A DNA stretch of 64,000 bases from an uncultured Planctomycetales bacterium (lineage in GTDB: Bacteria; Omnitrophota; Gorgyraeia; Zapsychrales; JANLHA01), in the NCBI GenBank assembly GCA_964474085.1, contig CAYYRJ010000012.1, forward strand, positions 7,701-71,700, in the 5' to 3' direction. A program made the translations under genes and the position numbers. Every line of letters begins with the position of its first letter. The first letter of the stretch is position 1. The notes beneath the pieces were generated by a model. The model was not told where the DNA came from. It saw nothing but the letters and a program-made list of their open reading frames with translations, and did not search any database. This document shows, piece by piece, positions 10,427-20,048 of the stretch.

Positions 10427-12484
10427 TTAGCCGGCAGGGCTGCCGTAGTAACTGATCAGCCGTTCCTGGACGTTGAACTTTTCTTCGCTGTCCTTAGGGC
10501 GGACATACTGGCGCTGGGCCGTCAAAAAGCGAGACTTCAAATTATCTTTCCAACACATATCAAGAATGTATTGCAAATGATCGCGTACTTCTTCCTTATA
10601 AATTTCAAACAAAAGCTCTATACGGCTGTCAAAGTTGCGGGCCATCCAGTCTGCCGACGACATAAAGACGCGCGGACTGCCATTATTATTAAACGTTACA
10701 ATGCGTGTATGTTCCAAAAAACGGCCGACAATGCTTTTGACTTCGATATTCTCACTTAAACCCGCAACAGCCGGGACTAAACAACAAACCCCGCGGACAA
10801 TTAACTTGATCTTAACTCCCGCCTGTGAAGCCTCATAAAGTTTTTCGATGATCGGAATATCTTCCAGAGAATTCATTTTTGCTCGAATAAGACCGTTCTT
10901 AAATCGCTTCTGATTGTCAATTTCAGCATCAATCAAATCAAAGAAATATTTGCGCATATCATAAGGCGAGGAAACAATGCGTTTCCAGGGACTTGGGAGA
11001 GAATAGCCGGTTATGACATTAAACACATCGGAAATGTCGCGCGCAAAATCGTCATTGGCCGTGAAGTATCCGATATCCGTATAAACCCGCGCGGTTTTTT
11101 CATTATAATTTCCCGTCGACAAATGCACATAACGGCGAATGCGATCTTCTTCTTTGCGCACAATCAAAGTCATCTTTGAGTGGATTTTGATATTGGCAAT
11201 CCCATAAATCACATGGCAACCGGCATCTTCCAGAGCTTTGGCCCAGCGAATATTTTTTTCTTCATCAAAACGCGCTTTGATCTCAACTAATACCGTGACC
11301 TGTTTTTTGTTCTCCGCAGCCTCGATCAAGGCTTTAATGATCGCCGAGTCTTCGTTGGTGCGATACAGCGTCATCTTAATGGCCAAAACATTAGCATCTT
11401 TCGCCGCACTTTGAATCAAATCGATCGTCGGATAAAAGGATTGATATGGCAAGTGGACAACAAAATCACCTTGCGCGATCCGTTCAAAAATATTTTCGTA
11501 TTCAATCTTGGCCGGCAAATATTCGCGATAACACAAAGCCGGGGTATCGATAAAACGCATCAATTCAAAAAGGCATGTCAAATCCAGCGTGCTACCAATA
11601 CTGACAACTTCTTCCTTGGGAAACTCCAACCCTTGACAGAGGATATCCAAAAACTCCGGGGCACACGACTTTTCGATTTCTAAATGTACAACCTTTGCAC
11701 GCATGCGTTTTTTGACTTCTTCTTCGATGGCAATCAAAAGGTCATCGGCAAATTCCTCAGCAACATAAAGCTCGCTGTCGCGCATGACGCGAAACAATGT
11801 GTGCTCTTGCAGCTGATACCCGCGGAAAAAATTCTTCAAATAAAAACGCAAGATCTCCTCGATCAAGATAAAACTCGTCTCGCCGCGATCTGACGGCAGA
11901 CGCATAAATCGAGGAACATTTTTAGGAATCGGGACAATCGCCAAGTGCGGCTTGTCCTGCCGAATAACATTGACCGCAAAAGCGATTGTCTTCGACGGCA
12001 AAACAGGAAATGGATGGCCTTGATCAACCGCCATTGGCGTTATGATCGGAAAAAGAGTTGTTTCAAAGTACTTACGGACTTCGCGTTCCTGTTCCAGACT
12101 TAACTCTGCATAAGATTTAAAGAAAACTTTATTCTTTTCTAGTTCTTTTTTAACTTTGTTCTGATAAATTTCATAAAATTTCTTAGTCAGTAGTTGCGAC
12201 TGCTTTTTGACTTCAAAGAAAATTTCCTCCGGTAAGTAACCAAACTTGTCTTTATGATTATATTTAGAATCGATAAGCCGTTTTAAACCGGCCAGCCGAA
12301 CCATATAAAACTCATCGAGATTGCTGGTGAAAATCGCCAAGAATCTGACGCGTTCCAAAAGCGGATTGGACAAATCTAGCGCCTCTTCCAAAACACGTTC
12401 ATTAAACTTAAGCCAGCTTAAGTCACGGGCGATAAATTTTTCCTTCAGGTCAAGTGTTGTCATCAGATTTTTCCTGTATTTCAC
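10427..12484 (-). CDS. ppk: Polyphosphate kinase 1
   Basis: 685 aa with the PPK1 N-terminal signature (NRELSWL..ERVLEE..PLLERVRFLAIFTSNLDEFYMVR) and a PLD-like C-terminus. Confidence 0.9.
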   Translation of the reverse strand: MKYRKNLMTTLDLKEKFIARDLSWLKFNERVLEEALDLSNPLLERVRFLAIFTSNLDEFYMVRLAGLKRLIDSKYNHKDKFGYLPEEIFFEVKKQSQLLTKKFYEIYQNKVKKELEKNKVFFKSYAELSLEQEREVRKYFETTLFPIITPMAVDQGHPFPVLPSKTIAFAVNVIRQDKPHLAIVPIPKNVPRFMRLPSDRGETSFILIEEILRFYLKNFFRGYQLQEHTLFRVMRDSELYVAEEFADDLLIAIEEEVKKRMRAKVVHLEIEKSCAPEFLDILCQGLEFPKEEVVSIGSTLDLTCLFELMRFIDTPALCYREYLPAKIEYENIFERIAQGDFVVHLPYQSFYPTIDLIQSAAKDANVLAIKMTLYRTNEDSAIIKALIEAAENKKQVTVLVEIKARFDEEKNIRWAKALEDAGCHVIYGIANIKIHSKMTLIVRKEEDRIRRYVHLSTGNYNEKTARVYTDIGYFTANDDFARDISDVFNVITGYSLPSPWKRIVSSPYDMRKYFFDLIDAEIDNQKRFKNGLIRAKMNSLEDIPIIEKLYEASQAGVKIKLIVRGVCCLVPAVAGLSENIEVKSIVGRFLEHTRIVTFNNNGSPRVFMSSADWMARNFDSRIELLFEIYKEEVRDHLQYILDMCWKDNLKSRFLTAQRQYVRPKDSEEKFNVQERLISYYGSPAG

Positions 12485-14012
12485 GGTTTTTTATCGTCAA
12501 TGTCACACGATTTCCCGTAATCTCCTCAAAAAGTTCTTTCTTGTCTTTAAAAAAAGCCCGCTCAAGCAAAAGATTTCCCGAAGCCTGAGCGATAATATTG
12601 ACATCGCCTTTAGCGTTTAAAACGACCTCGACCTTTTTGATTTTTTGTTTATGTGATCGGTCCAAAGCATTGGAGATACGCAGCAAAGCCGAAAGTTTTT
12701 GGACCAAAATCTGATTCTCCGACGACAAAGTGCTGTAAAGCAAATGCGCATTTGACGGCGTGCCTTTGCGGTGATAGCGAGCAATACAAGCGATGATATT
12801 CATTTCTTCCTCAGTCAGACGAAACAAGCTTAAGGAACTAATCACATATTCACTGTGCTTGTGATGCGTACGGTTATTGACAAACATTCCAATATCATGC
12901 AGATAGGAAGCGAGTGTCAGATAAATCAAATCCTGTTTGTTGAGACCTAAAGTTTCTTTGAGTTGCTCAAATAAAGACTGTGAAAGCTCGGCGACATGAC
13001 GGCAATGATTTAAATCAAGCTTGTATTTTCCACAAAGATTTTGCGCAACCGAAATTAACTGTGTCGTTTTGTTGTTTTCTACAAAAAGTTCAAGCTTAAA
13101 AATCATATTTGCCAAAACCGCCTCTGCCAAAGAGGTTTCCAGCATATAAATATATTTATTTTTTGTCAGACGAAAAATCTTATTAACAATAATCGCATAC
13201 CCTGCCATAGTTTCGACGACGTCTGCCGGGATCTTGTAACTTGCGGCAACCGACTGCGGGTAACTTTCGGTAAGTTTACTCAGCAGCTCTTCAGATTCTT
13301 TAATCTTAAATTGAAAAAACTCACTCTGGCGGGTGCGGCTGGGTATAAAGCTATTCAAATACCCAGAATAATTTTCATCAACGACGATGATATCATCTAA
13401 TTTAAGATGCGGAATGCTCTTTTTGACATAAAGAATTTCATTGGTGATATATTCCTCGACCGCTTCATAAATCTCTTGAAGCGTTCCATCCAAACTGTTC
13501 ATAAAATTCTTAAGCCGCAAAGTCCCCACAGGAATCCCGACACTCATCTGCGTAAACCCTTTTTCAAGGACGGACATATCCACACTGCCGGCGCCTAATT
13601 CAACGATAAGCAAATTCTTCTGGTGAATCGGATATTTTTTCTTAAGTTTATAGGCCAAATACGCATCGATGTAATAAACAACGTCGCCGACATTTAAGAC
13701 CTCAACCTTTAGTCCCGTCTTGCGCATGACTGTGTCGACAAACATATCGCGATTAGCCGCCTCCCGCACAGCAGTCGTCGCAATAACCATGACCTCTGTG
13801 ACATCATATTCTGTCAAACGCTCTTGATACTTTTCTAGAAGTAAAATCGTCTGATTAATTGTTTCCTGGGCAATACGGCCGCGGAAAAATGTATTGCGTC
13901 CGATTGGGACCACATTTTTGAGGGATTCAAGAATCTTGATGTCGTCACCGGATTTTTCGCCAATGACAAGCTTGATCGAATTTGAACCAATATCGAGAAC
14001 TGCGGCACGCAT
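12450..14012 (-). CDS. ppx: Ppx/GppA exopolyphosphatase with a C-terminal HD domain
   Basis: N-terminal AVLDIGSNSIKLVI actin-like fold motif and an HD motif (LHDIGMFVNNRTHHKHS); the 3' end overlaps the ppk start. Confidence 0.85.
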   Translation of the reverse strand: MRAAVLDIGSNSIKLVIGEKSGDDIKILESLKNVVPIGRNTFFRGRIAQETINQTILLLEKYQERLTEYDVTEVMVIATTAVREAANRDMFVDTVMRKTGLKVEVLNVGDVVYYIDAYLAYKLKKKYPIHQKNLLIVELGAGSVDMSVLEKGFTQMSVGIPVGTLRLKNFMNSLDGTLQEIYEAVEEYITNEILYVKKSIPHLKLDDIIVVDENYSGYLNSFIPSRTRQSEFFQFKIKESEELLSKLTESYPQSVAASYKIPADVVETMAGYAIIVNKIFRLTKNKYIYMLETSLAEAVLANMIFKLELFVENNKTTQLISVAQNLCGKYKLDLNHCRHVAELSQSLFEQLKETLGLNKQDLIYLTLASYLHDIGMFVNNRTHHKHSEYVISSLSLFRLTEEEMNIIACIARYHRKGTPSNAHLLYSTLSSENQILVQKLSALLRISNALDRSHKQKIKKVEVVLNAKGDVNIIAQASGNLLLERAFFKDKKELFEEITGNRVTLTIKNREIQEKSDDNT

Positions 14013-14030
14013 AATTTTTTGACCTAAAAA

Positions 14031-15554
14031 TCAATTGCCGGTATGGCAATCGGTACAATTCATTTGTTTCCAGGATTCATCATCATTAAATGGGTGTTTA
14101 AACTCAAGCCCGTCGGCGTTTTTTTCCGTTTTACCAGCAGGGCCCTGTTCGATAATTGTATGACAGGCTTTGCAGTCTCGTGAAATCACGTGACCTTGCG
14201 ACGACTTATGCTCGCCATCGTGACAGCGAAAACACCCCGGCGAACTCCAATGGCCAATGTTCTCAGGATACACATCCCAACGGGCTTTCATTTCAGGGAA
14301 AAAATTATTTTTGAAAATATGCGTTAAAACCTGCGCCGCAGTCTTAATCTGGGTTTGATGAGCTTTGGCATATTCCGGAAATTTCCATTCATAATATTTT
14401 TGCAGCAAATCCGGAATTTCAGCCAGCGCTTGCGCTTGATTCTCATATTTCCCTGAAAGCAATTCCATACCCTTAGCCTTGATATTAGGAATCGTAAGGT
14501 CGATCTGTTCTTTGGCCAAAGCTTCATTCATCAAATCGTTGGGCGAACGAAAATGGTGAGACGGACGGTTATGGCAATCCATACAGTCCATCTTGCGGAT
14601 CTTTTCCGGGGGTGGCATAACATTTTTGTAAGGCGATTTTTCGGACGTAAAAATCATTTCCTTGCCCGTTTTATCTATGCTCTTAACCCACGAAATGGAT
14701 TGACGCTTCTGATCATCCGCCACATAATAAACTTCATTATCTTTATACATGTGCGCGTGAATGCCGGCGTTCTCGCCTTCCTTGGCCCCAACGGAAACAA
14801 GCATGCGGATATACCAACTTTTATCCTTGCTTTTATCTGACGGGAAATACGTTTTGCGAAGTTCAAAAGAACTAAAGTGTTTGCCCGGCCAATGGCACTG
14901 TTCGCATGTTTCCTTTGCCGGTCGCAAATTTTTGACAGGTGTTGGGATCGGGCGCTGATAATTCTTTTGAAGCGTCGAAAGAACCATCCGGGCACCTGCG
15001 ACCTTATAGCGAACATACCAATCCGCACCAGCGCCAATATGACATTCCACGCATTTGACTTTTGCATGTGGAGATTGAACATACATTGTATGCTCAGGGC
15101 CCATAATCTTATGGCAAACCTTACCGCAAAACTCCACCGATTCCGTATAATGAAACGCCTTGTATGACCCGATCGCCGTCATAAAAAGCAATACGAGCGT
15201 TCCTGTTGTAAAGACAAACAGCGCATTGCGATGTTCAGGCTTGGTTGGGTCCAAATAATAAATTTTGGGAGTGAGCGTTGCTTTTCCTTGCTCAACATCT
15301 TTGCGTTTACGATATGCCCCGTAAGCAATAAGGATAAGCCCCAGGATCAAAAAAGGAGGAAGCAAAATGTACGTATACATCCCCAAATACGGGCTCTGAT
15401 GCACCGCAAAGAAATCGATGCTAAACAAGAAACTTTCAATAATAAAAATAAAAAGCGCCAATAAAATACCCGCATACGTAATCGGATTATAAAAATAAGC
15501 CGAAAACTTATGTTTAAATCTACTGGAGGATTTATTGTCGCTTTTCTTTTTCAT
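14031..15554 (-). CDS. Inner-membrane heptaheme c-type cytochrome, NapC/NirT-like with two N-terminal TM helices (ImcH-like quinol dehydrogenase)
   Basis: Seven CxxCH motifs (CGKVCH, CVECH, CEQCH, CMDCH, CFRCH, CKACH, CTDCH); two hydrophobic helices within residues 20-80. Confidence 0.75.
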   Translation of the reverse strand: MKKKSDNKSSSRFKHKFSAYFYNPITYAGILLALFIFIIESFLFSIDFFAVHQSPYLGMYTYILLPPFLILGLILIAYGAYRKRKDVEQGKATLTPKIYYLDPTKPEHRNALFVFTTGTLVLLFMTAIGSYKAFHYTESVEFCGKVCHKIMGPEHTMYVQSPHAKVKCVECHIGAGADWYVRYKVAGARMVLSTLQKNYQRPIPTPVKNLRPAKETCEQCHWPGKHFSSFELRKTYFPSDKSKDKSWYIRMLVSVGAKEGENAGIHAHMYKDNEVYYVADDQKRQSISWVKSIDKTGKEMIFTSEKSPYKNVMPPPEKIRKMDCMDCHNRPSHHFRSPNDLMNEALAKEQIDLTIPNIKAKGMELLSGKYENQAQALAEIPDLLQKYYEWKFPEYAKAHQTQIKTAAQVLTHIFKNNFFPEMKARWDVYPENIGHWSSPGCFRCHDGEHKSSQGHVISRDCKACHTIIEQGPAGKTEKNADGLEFKHPFNDDESWKQMNCTDCHTGN

Positions 15555-15562
15555 AATAGAAA

Positions 15563-15600
15563 CAATAGGCTGATACCTTATTAAAGATACCAGCCTATTG
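15563..15600 (-). other. Stem-loop (10-bp stem, 18-nt loop) 11 nt upstream of the ImcH-like start codon
   Basis: caataggctg ... cagcctattg is a perfect inverted repeat; the gene downstream of it has no recognisable RBS. Confidence 0.35.
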
Positions 15601-15628
15601 TATTTAACTCAATGAAATAATCGAACAC

Positions 15629-17695
15629 TTACATCCAGTTTAAATTAACGCCCAACCAAACCTCATGCGCACGATATCCGCCGCCTAATTCGGTTTTTGG
15701 ATTTTCCTGATAGCTGTAATAGCTATATTTGGGCTCAATCGTCACTGTCTTATTCGCCGCCCACTTTAATCCGACGGAAACATCATACCAGCTCGAATCA
15801 ATCCCATAAGGAAGCCCAATAGCGGTAAAATCATCAAAATTGTCCTGCGAGGCTTTGCTAAAAACCGAATTAAGACTCATCTTCGGACTGAAGATATAGC
15901 TAGCACTCATGGACCATGTATTAACATTTGATGTAAATGCCGGAATTCTTGGTACGGCACTTCTTATTGCCGGCGTAGTCGTATTAACCAATTGACGCAT
16001 ATAGCCAAGGTCTAATAATAAACTATCCACCGGCTGAAACATAAGATCATACGTAAACGTATGCGATAACGTCAAAGCCCGTTGATTATAAGAGCCTTCC
16101 GTTCGAGCAACATAGGCATTGTCCGCATACTGATAACGCATTGAACCGGTTACTTTTTTAAGAGGCTTGACCGTCCATTTGGTCGCAACTTCTGTTCCGC
16201 CAACTTGCATAAACTCCATGAATGCGGACTTGGCAGCTGAAGAAGTCGCAGGGGTCTCCTGTTCATCATCATAATCGTTATCTACCGTCTTATGACGAAT
16301 TTGCGTCGTAAAATTAAGATATTTTGAAAGAACAGTCCGCGTTCCGGCTGTCAAAACAATCCTGTTGGTATAAATATTAGTTTCACGAAAGAATATTTCA
16401 CCCGCAGAAGCAATAGATTCACCCGCAAGGCTGTTACGATTTTCATACAACCAATTATTGATGCGACCGTATTCGACATCTCCATAAATACTGGTCTTTT
16501 TGAACCCCGAATAACGCAACCCCAAGTCCCCGCCTAAGCTGTCAATTTTGTTTTCATTCATACTAACTTCTGTCGTGTTAGCAATATTGTTGGGAGGATC
16601 TGTTCTGTCGGCTGGATCCACTGACCCGCCGCGACGACTAATAATTTCGGTCTTTACTTTTGCATTAAAAAGCAAATCCTTCGTCAATTGACTTTGGAAA
16701 TTACCTGTCACAATATTTGAACTGTATTTATTATCACCAACCCCGGCATACTTATTTTCAGCGCTGCTCGAAAGGGAACGTGGATTATTAAACTCATCTG
16801 TTTCCTTTATCGTAGCATGCTCTTTATTGTCAATTTTGGTATAACGATACGCCAAGGCAAGCATCCCCGTGTCCTGCCAAAACCATTTTTCGCCATTTAA
16901 CGTTGTAATAGACGAATTTGAGTCCAGCTCGATGGTTTGGCGACGCATCTTTTTGTCCGAAGCAGCACTCGTGGTAGAAAGAGATTTTTCGAGCCTGACG
17001 GTCCGTTCATTTAAAACATCCCACTTTTGCTCGCCTTTGACATTAAAGCCAGCAAACTCACCTTTGGAGCGCAAACCATAGCTATCAAATTTTTCATCAA
17101 CATCCTGCCAAGATGGGCTGATATTCTTTGTCAAACTTCCTACTTTAGCAGGCGTCCAAGTTAAACGCGACTTGGTGCCGTCTTTGCTATGATGGTTATA
17201 AAAAAAGCTGCTCTCTGGCAAATTCCCCAAAGTCTCTCCGATTTCAAAACCAATATGACCGATATCCATTTTATAATCTTTATCTGCATTTACCCCAGAT
17301 AACGTCGCAAACGGATAATACGTTCCACCGGTTCCATCGTAGTATTTACGAAACGTATTGTAATCGAGCTTAAAAAACCCTAACTTTTCTTTTGTAACTT
17401 CAAGATCGCCCCCAAAATCAAAATTGTTGGGAATCGCATGGCCTTCAAACGTGAAGTCTGTGTCTTTATTGATCTTACCGCTGGCGCTTAAATCTTGCAG
17501 CCCCCCGGAATAGCCGTCATTTTTCCAGTATTGTGACCGAAACTTTTCGGCATCACCCTTAACCGAAATATAATCAACCGGAACAACCGTGACAGATACA
17601 TGAGACTCCTCTGCAGCGACTGGGCCCAAAGAAGCTAAACCCGCCCCGCAAAGCGCGATTGCCCCCGCAATAACTTTTATAAAATTGGTTTTCAT
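15629..17695 (-). CDS. Large outer-membrane beta-barrel protein (porin-like sheath, analogous to MtrB/PioB)
   Basis: Signal peptide MKTNFIKVIAGAIALCGAGLASLGPVAAEE; about 690 aa rich in Y/G/N/S/T with an alternating pattern and an aromatic C-terminus; sits between two multiheme cytochrome genes. Confidence 0.65.
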   Translation of the reverse strand: MKTNFIKVIAGAIALCGAGLASLGPVAAEESHVSVTVVPVDYISVKGDAEKFRSQYWKNDGYSGGLQDLSASGKINKDTDFTFEGHAIPNNFDFGGDLEVTKEKLGFFKLDYNTFRKYYDGTGGTYYPFATLSGVNADKDYKMDIGHIGFEIGETLGNLPESSFFYNHHSKDGTKSRLTWTPAKVGSLTKNISPSWQDVDEKFDSYGLRSKGEFAGFNVKGEQKWDVLNERTVRLEKSLSTTSAASDKKMRRQTIELDSNSSITTLNGEKWFWQDTGMLALAYRYTKIDNKEHATIKETDEFNNPRSLSSSAENKYAGVGDNKYSSNIVTGNFQSQLTKDLLFNAKVKTEIISRRGGSVDPADRTDPPNNIANTTEVSMNENKIDSLGGDLGLRYSGFKKTSIYGDVEYGRINNWLYENRNSLAGESIASAGEIFFRETNIYTNRIVLTAGTRTVLSKYLNFTTQIRHKTVDNDYDDEQETPATSSAAKSAFMEFMQVGGTEVATKWTVKPLKKVTGSMRYQYADNAYVARTEGSYNQRALTLSHTFTYDLMFQPVDSLLLDLGYMRQLVNTTTPAIRSAVPRIPAFTSNVNTWSMSASYIFSPKMSLNSVFSKASQDNFDDFTAIGLPYGIDSSWYDVSVGLKWAANKTVTIEPKYSYYSYQENPKTELGGGYRAHEVWLGVNLNWM

Positions 17696-17713
17696 CCAAC
17701 ACCTCCTCATAAA

Positions 17714-18508
17714 TTAATATCGCAAATGATCATCAAAGTTCGAACCATGTACCGCCGTATGACAGCCTCCACTAAAACACGATCCTTGCGCAAGTCGAGT
17801 ATTATGCCCTGTGTTTTTTCCGATCGTCGGGAAGTTGGCCTGCGTATGACAACGCAAACACAAATTATTATCCCGCTGTACAAGCATTTTATCGTTGACC
17901 GAACCATGCACCTGATGGCAGGTCACGCAACCATCACGTAACGCTTCATGTTCAAAAACAAACGGGCCCTGCTTGCCTTGATGACATTTAAAACAAGTGT
18001 CATTGATATCCTCTAGAGCTGTCGAAGTTCCGGGTTTAACCTCTGTGCCGTGCGGATTATGGCAATCGGAACACGACATTCTGCCTTCAATAACAGGATG
18101 TTTATAAGGAAGTCTAAACTGCACTTTTTTGTCCGTATGGCATTTAAAACACGCGCTGGGGTCATTGCGAAGGCTGGCAATATTGCCTTTGCCGCCGCCA
18201 GCTTCTGCGTGAACGCTCCCCGGGCCATGGCACATTTCGCAACCATTGGCAATCCCTTCCAAACCTTCATCGCTTTCAATAGCAATCTTGCGATGCGTTG
18301 AAACTTTAAATTCTCTCGTCTCCTTCTCGTGACAGCTCGCACAGGTTTCGGTACCGACATAGGTCGCATTTTTAAAATTCTCCGCCTTGCCTGTTTCTTC
18401 TGCAGCAGCAGAAAAACAAAACAGGGCCGCGCCGCAAAACGCGAAAACACAAGCCATCACCCAGCGGCCGACGAAGACTCGGGCACAATTTGAGTCTTTG
18501 CTCTGCAT
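17714..18508 (-). CDS. Periplasmic multiheme (about 8-heme) c-type cytochrome
   Basis: Seven CxxCH motifs plus one CX4CH motif (CFSGGCH) in about 260 aa; N-terminal anchor or signal sequence; strong AAGGGGGAA RBS before the ATG at 18508. Confidence 0.8.
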   Translation of the reverse strand: MQSKDSNCARVFVGRWVMACVFAFCGAALFCFSAAAEETGKAENFKNATYVGTETCASCHEKETREFKVSTHRKIAIESDEGLEGIANGCEMCHGPGSVHAEAGGGKGNIASLRNDPSACFKCHTDKKVQFRLPYKHPVIEGRMSCSDCHNPHGTEVKPGTSTALEDINDTCFKCHQGKQGPFVFEHEALRDGCVTCHQVHGSVNDKMLVQRDNNLCLRCHTQANFPTIGKNTGHNTRLAQGSCFSGGCHTAVHGSNFDDHLRY

Positions 18509-18568
18509 ATTTTCCCCCTTGGTTTTGAAAGAAATCAATTGTTGTAAATTTAAGACGTTCATGTAGTT

Positions 18569-18847
18569 TTATTTTTTCTGGGAATCTTCAATAGAACCGG
18601 CTTTTTTATATTCTTCGGCCGTCGGCTTATCCGCGAGCGCCGTAACTTTCTTTCCATAATCATTAAGTTCATGATCGCCGTCTTTTTTGGGTAAGGCAGC
18701 GCTATGACAATCAATGCATTTGGGCTTGCCGTCTGGATAGGCTTCCTTGTAAACCTTCATCTGTCCAAGATCTGCGCGGCTAACGCTTGAAAAACCAAGA
18801 ACAAAAAAGGCAGCGAACATGAGGGTTGATAAAGTGTTTTTTTTCAT
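18569..18847 (-). CDS. Small monoheme cytochrome c (secreted)
   Basis: Signal peptide plus a single CIDCH motif in 92 aa. Confidence 0.65.
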   Translation of the reverse strand: MKKNTLSTLMFAAFFVLGFSSVSRADLGQMKVYKEAYPDGKPKCIDCHSAALPKKDGDHELNDYGKKVTALADKPTAEEYKKAGSIEDSQKK

Positions 18848-18895
18848 TTTGTCTCCTTCTCTATTATGTGGATCATTAAAAAAACATGTTATGGC

Positions 18896-19990
18896 TTACG
18901 CTAAAACTTTTTGCGCCAAACGCGCTTTGGCGATGCGGGCAAAATATTCCTGCTCTTTTTTTTCAATAATGCGTTCAACGGCAACAACCGCATCTTGCCG
19001 GCGACGCACACTGCTTTCAACAACTTGATCAAGCTGGTCAATCGTCAAAAGTTCAACACCTTCGACTAAGGCGACCTTTGGTTCAATATTGCGCGGCATT
19101 GAGATATCAATCAAAATCAGCGGCCGTCTTTTGCGACTAGCCATGACCTCAACAACCATCTCGGACTCGATCAAGTAATGCGGCGCTCCCGCCGAACAAA
19201 TACAGGCATCCACTTTCAACAAAATTTCTTTCATTTGCCAAAAACCCGCTGCAATCCCTTGAACTTCAGAGGCAACCGACTCAGCCTTATCACATGTGCG
19301 ATTCATCAAATAAATATCCCCGACATTTTTGTTACGCAATTGCTCGGCAGCCAAGTGCCCCATTTTGCCAGCGCCTATAACCAAAACAGATTTTCCATTC
19401 AAAGTGCCAAGCTTTTGCTGAATCGTCGTAATCGCAGCCCAGCTGATGGAAGAACCCCCAAACCCGACTTCGGTTTCGGTCTGTGCCTTTTTGCCGGCGC
19501 GAATCGCTAAATTAGAGAGAATATTAAGTTCGCGGGTCATCATGCCGCGAGCGCGCGAAATTTCTGCGGCTTCTTTGACTTGTCCCAAAATTTGTTTTTC
19601 CCCCAAAACCAAAGAATCTAATCCGCAGGCAACACGTAAAGAGTGTCGCACCGCTTGATCAGCTTTGTAGCAATAAAAGTTTTGCAATAACTCGGGGCTG
19701 GTTTTTATTTTTTTGACTTTAAAAAGGGCGTCTAGAATAATTTGCGGGGCATCGTTTAACAAATGCGCATAAATTTCAGTACGATTACACGTCGAGAGGA
19801 TAAAGGCGCCCAAAACAGCAGGATCATTTCGAAGGTCGCTTAATAAAAGTTCTTTTTCAATCTCTTTAAAAAAGAATTTTTCGCGCAGTTCGATGGCTGT
19901 ATTTTTGTGATTTAAACCGATGGAAAAAATATGGTCAGAGCCAGCAGAAAAAACCATTTCTGAGCAATGGCAATCTTTTTCATTTTGCAT
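18896..19990 (-). CDS. hemA: Glutamyl-tRNA reductase
   Basis: IGLNHKNTAIELREKF and TCNRTEIY motifs with an NADPH Rossmann motif (VIGAGKMG); the long ORF N-terminal extension upstream of MQNEKD/MVFSAG is judged spurious, and the exact start is uncertain. Confidence 0.8.
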   Translation of the reverse strand: MQNEKDCHCSEMVFSAGSDHIFSIGLNHKNTAIELREKFFFKEIEKELLLSDLRNDPAVLGAFILSTCNRTEIYAHLLNDAPQIILDALFKVKKIKTSPELLQNFYCYKADQAVRHSLRVACGLDSLVLGEKQILGQVKEAAEISRARGMMTRELNILSNLAIRAGKKAQTETEVGFGGSSISWAAITTIQQKLGTLNGKSVLVIGAGKMGHLAAEQLRNKNVGDIYLMNRTCDKAESVASEVQGIAAGFWQMKEILLKVDACICSAGAPHYLIESEMVVEVMASRKRRPLILIDISMPRNIEPKVALVEGVELLTIDQLDQVVESSVRRRQDAVVAVERIIEKKEQEYFARIAKARLAQKVLA

Positions 19991-20048
19991 GTATAGATAG
20001 TAATCAAAGAGACAAAAGCTTGCAACAAAGTTTTCATAAATTTTTACT

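Noticed and set aside
15629-17710. Calling the 693-aa outer-membrane barrel a bona fide MtrB ortholog
   Set aside because: It lacks the N-terminal CXXC motif characteristic of MtrB-family proteins, and no direct sequence alignment is possible here. It is retained only as an MtrB/PioB-sized analog inferred from gene context.
18013-18450. 145-aa ORF lying inside the octaheme cytochrome gene on the same strand in a different frame, with several similar antisense or overlapping ORFs of 60-150 aa across the window (for example 3427..3885, 9392..9730, 27706..28314, 31931..32414)
   Set aside because: They are fully nested in longer ORFs that carry clear family motifs. They have no RBS, and their compositions are biased (Arg/Pro/Ser-rich), as expected for wrong-frame translation.
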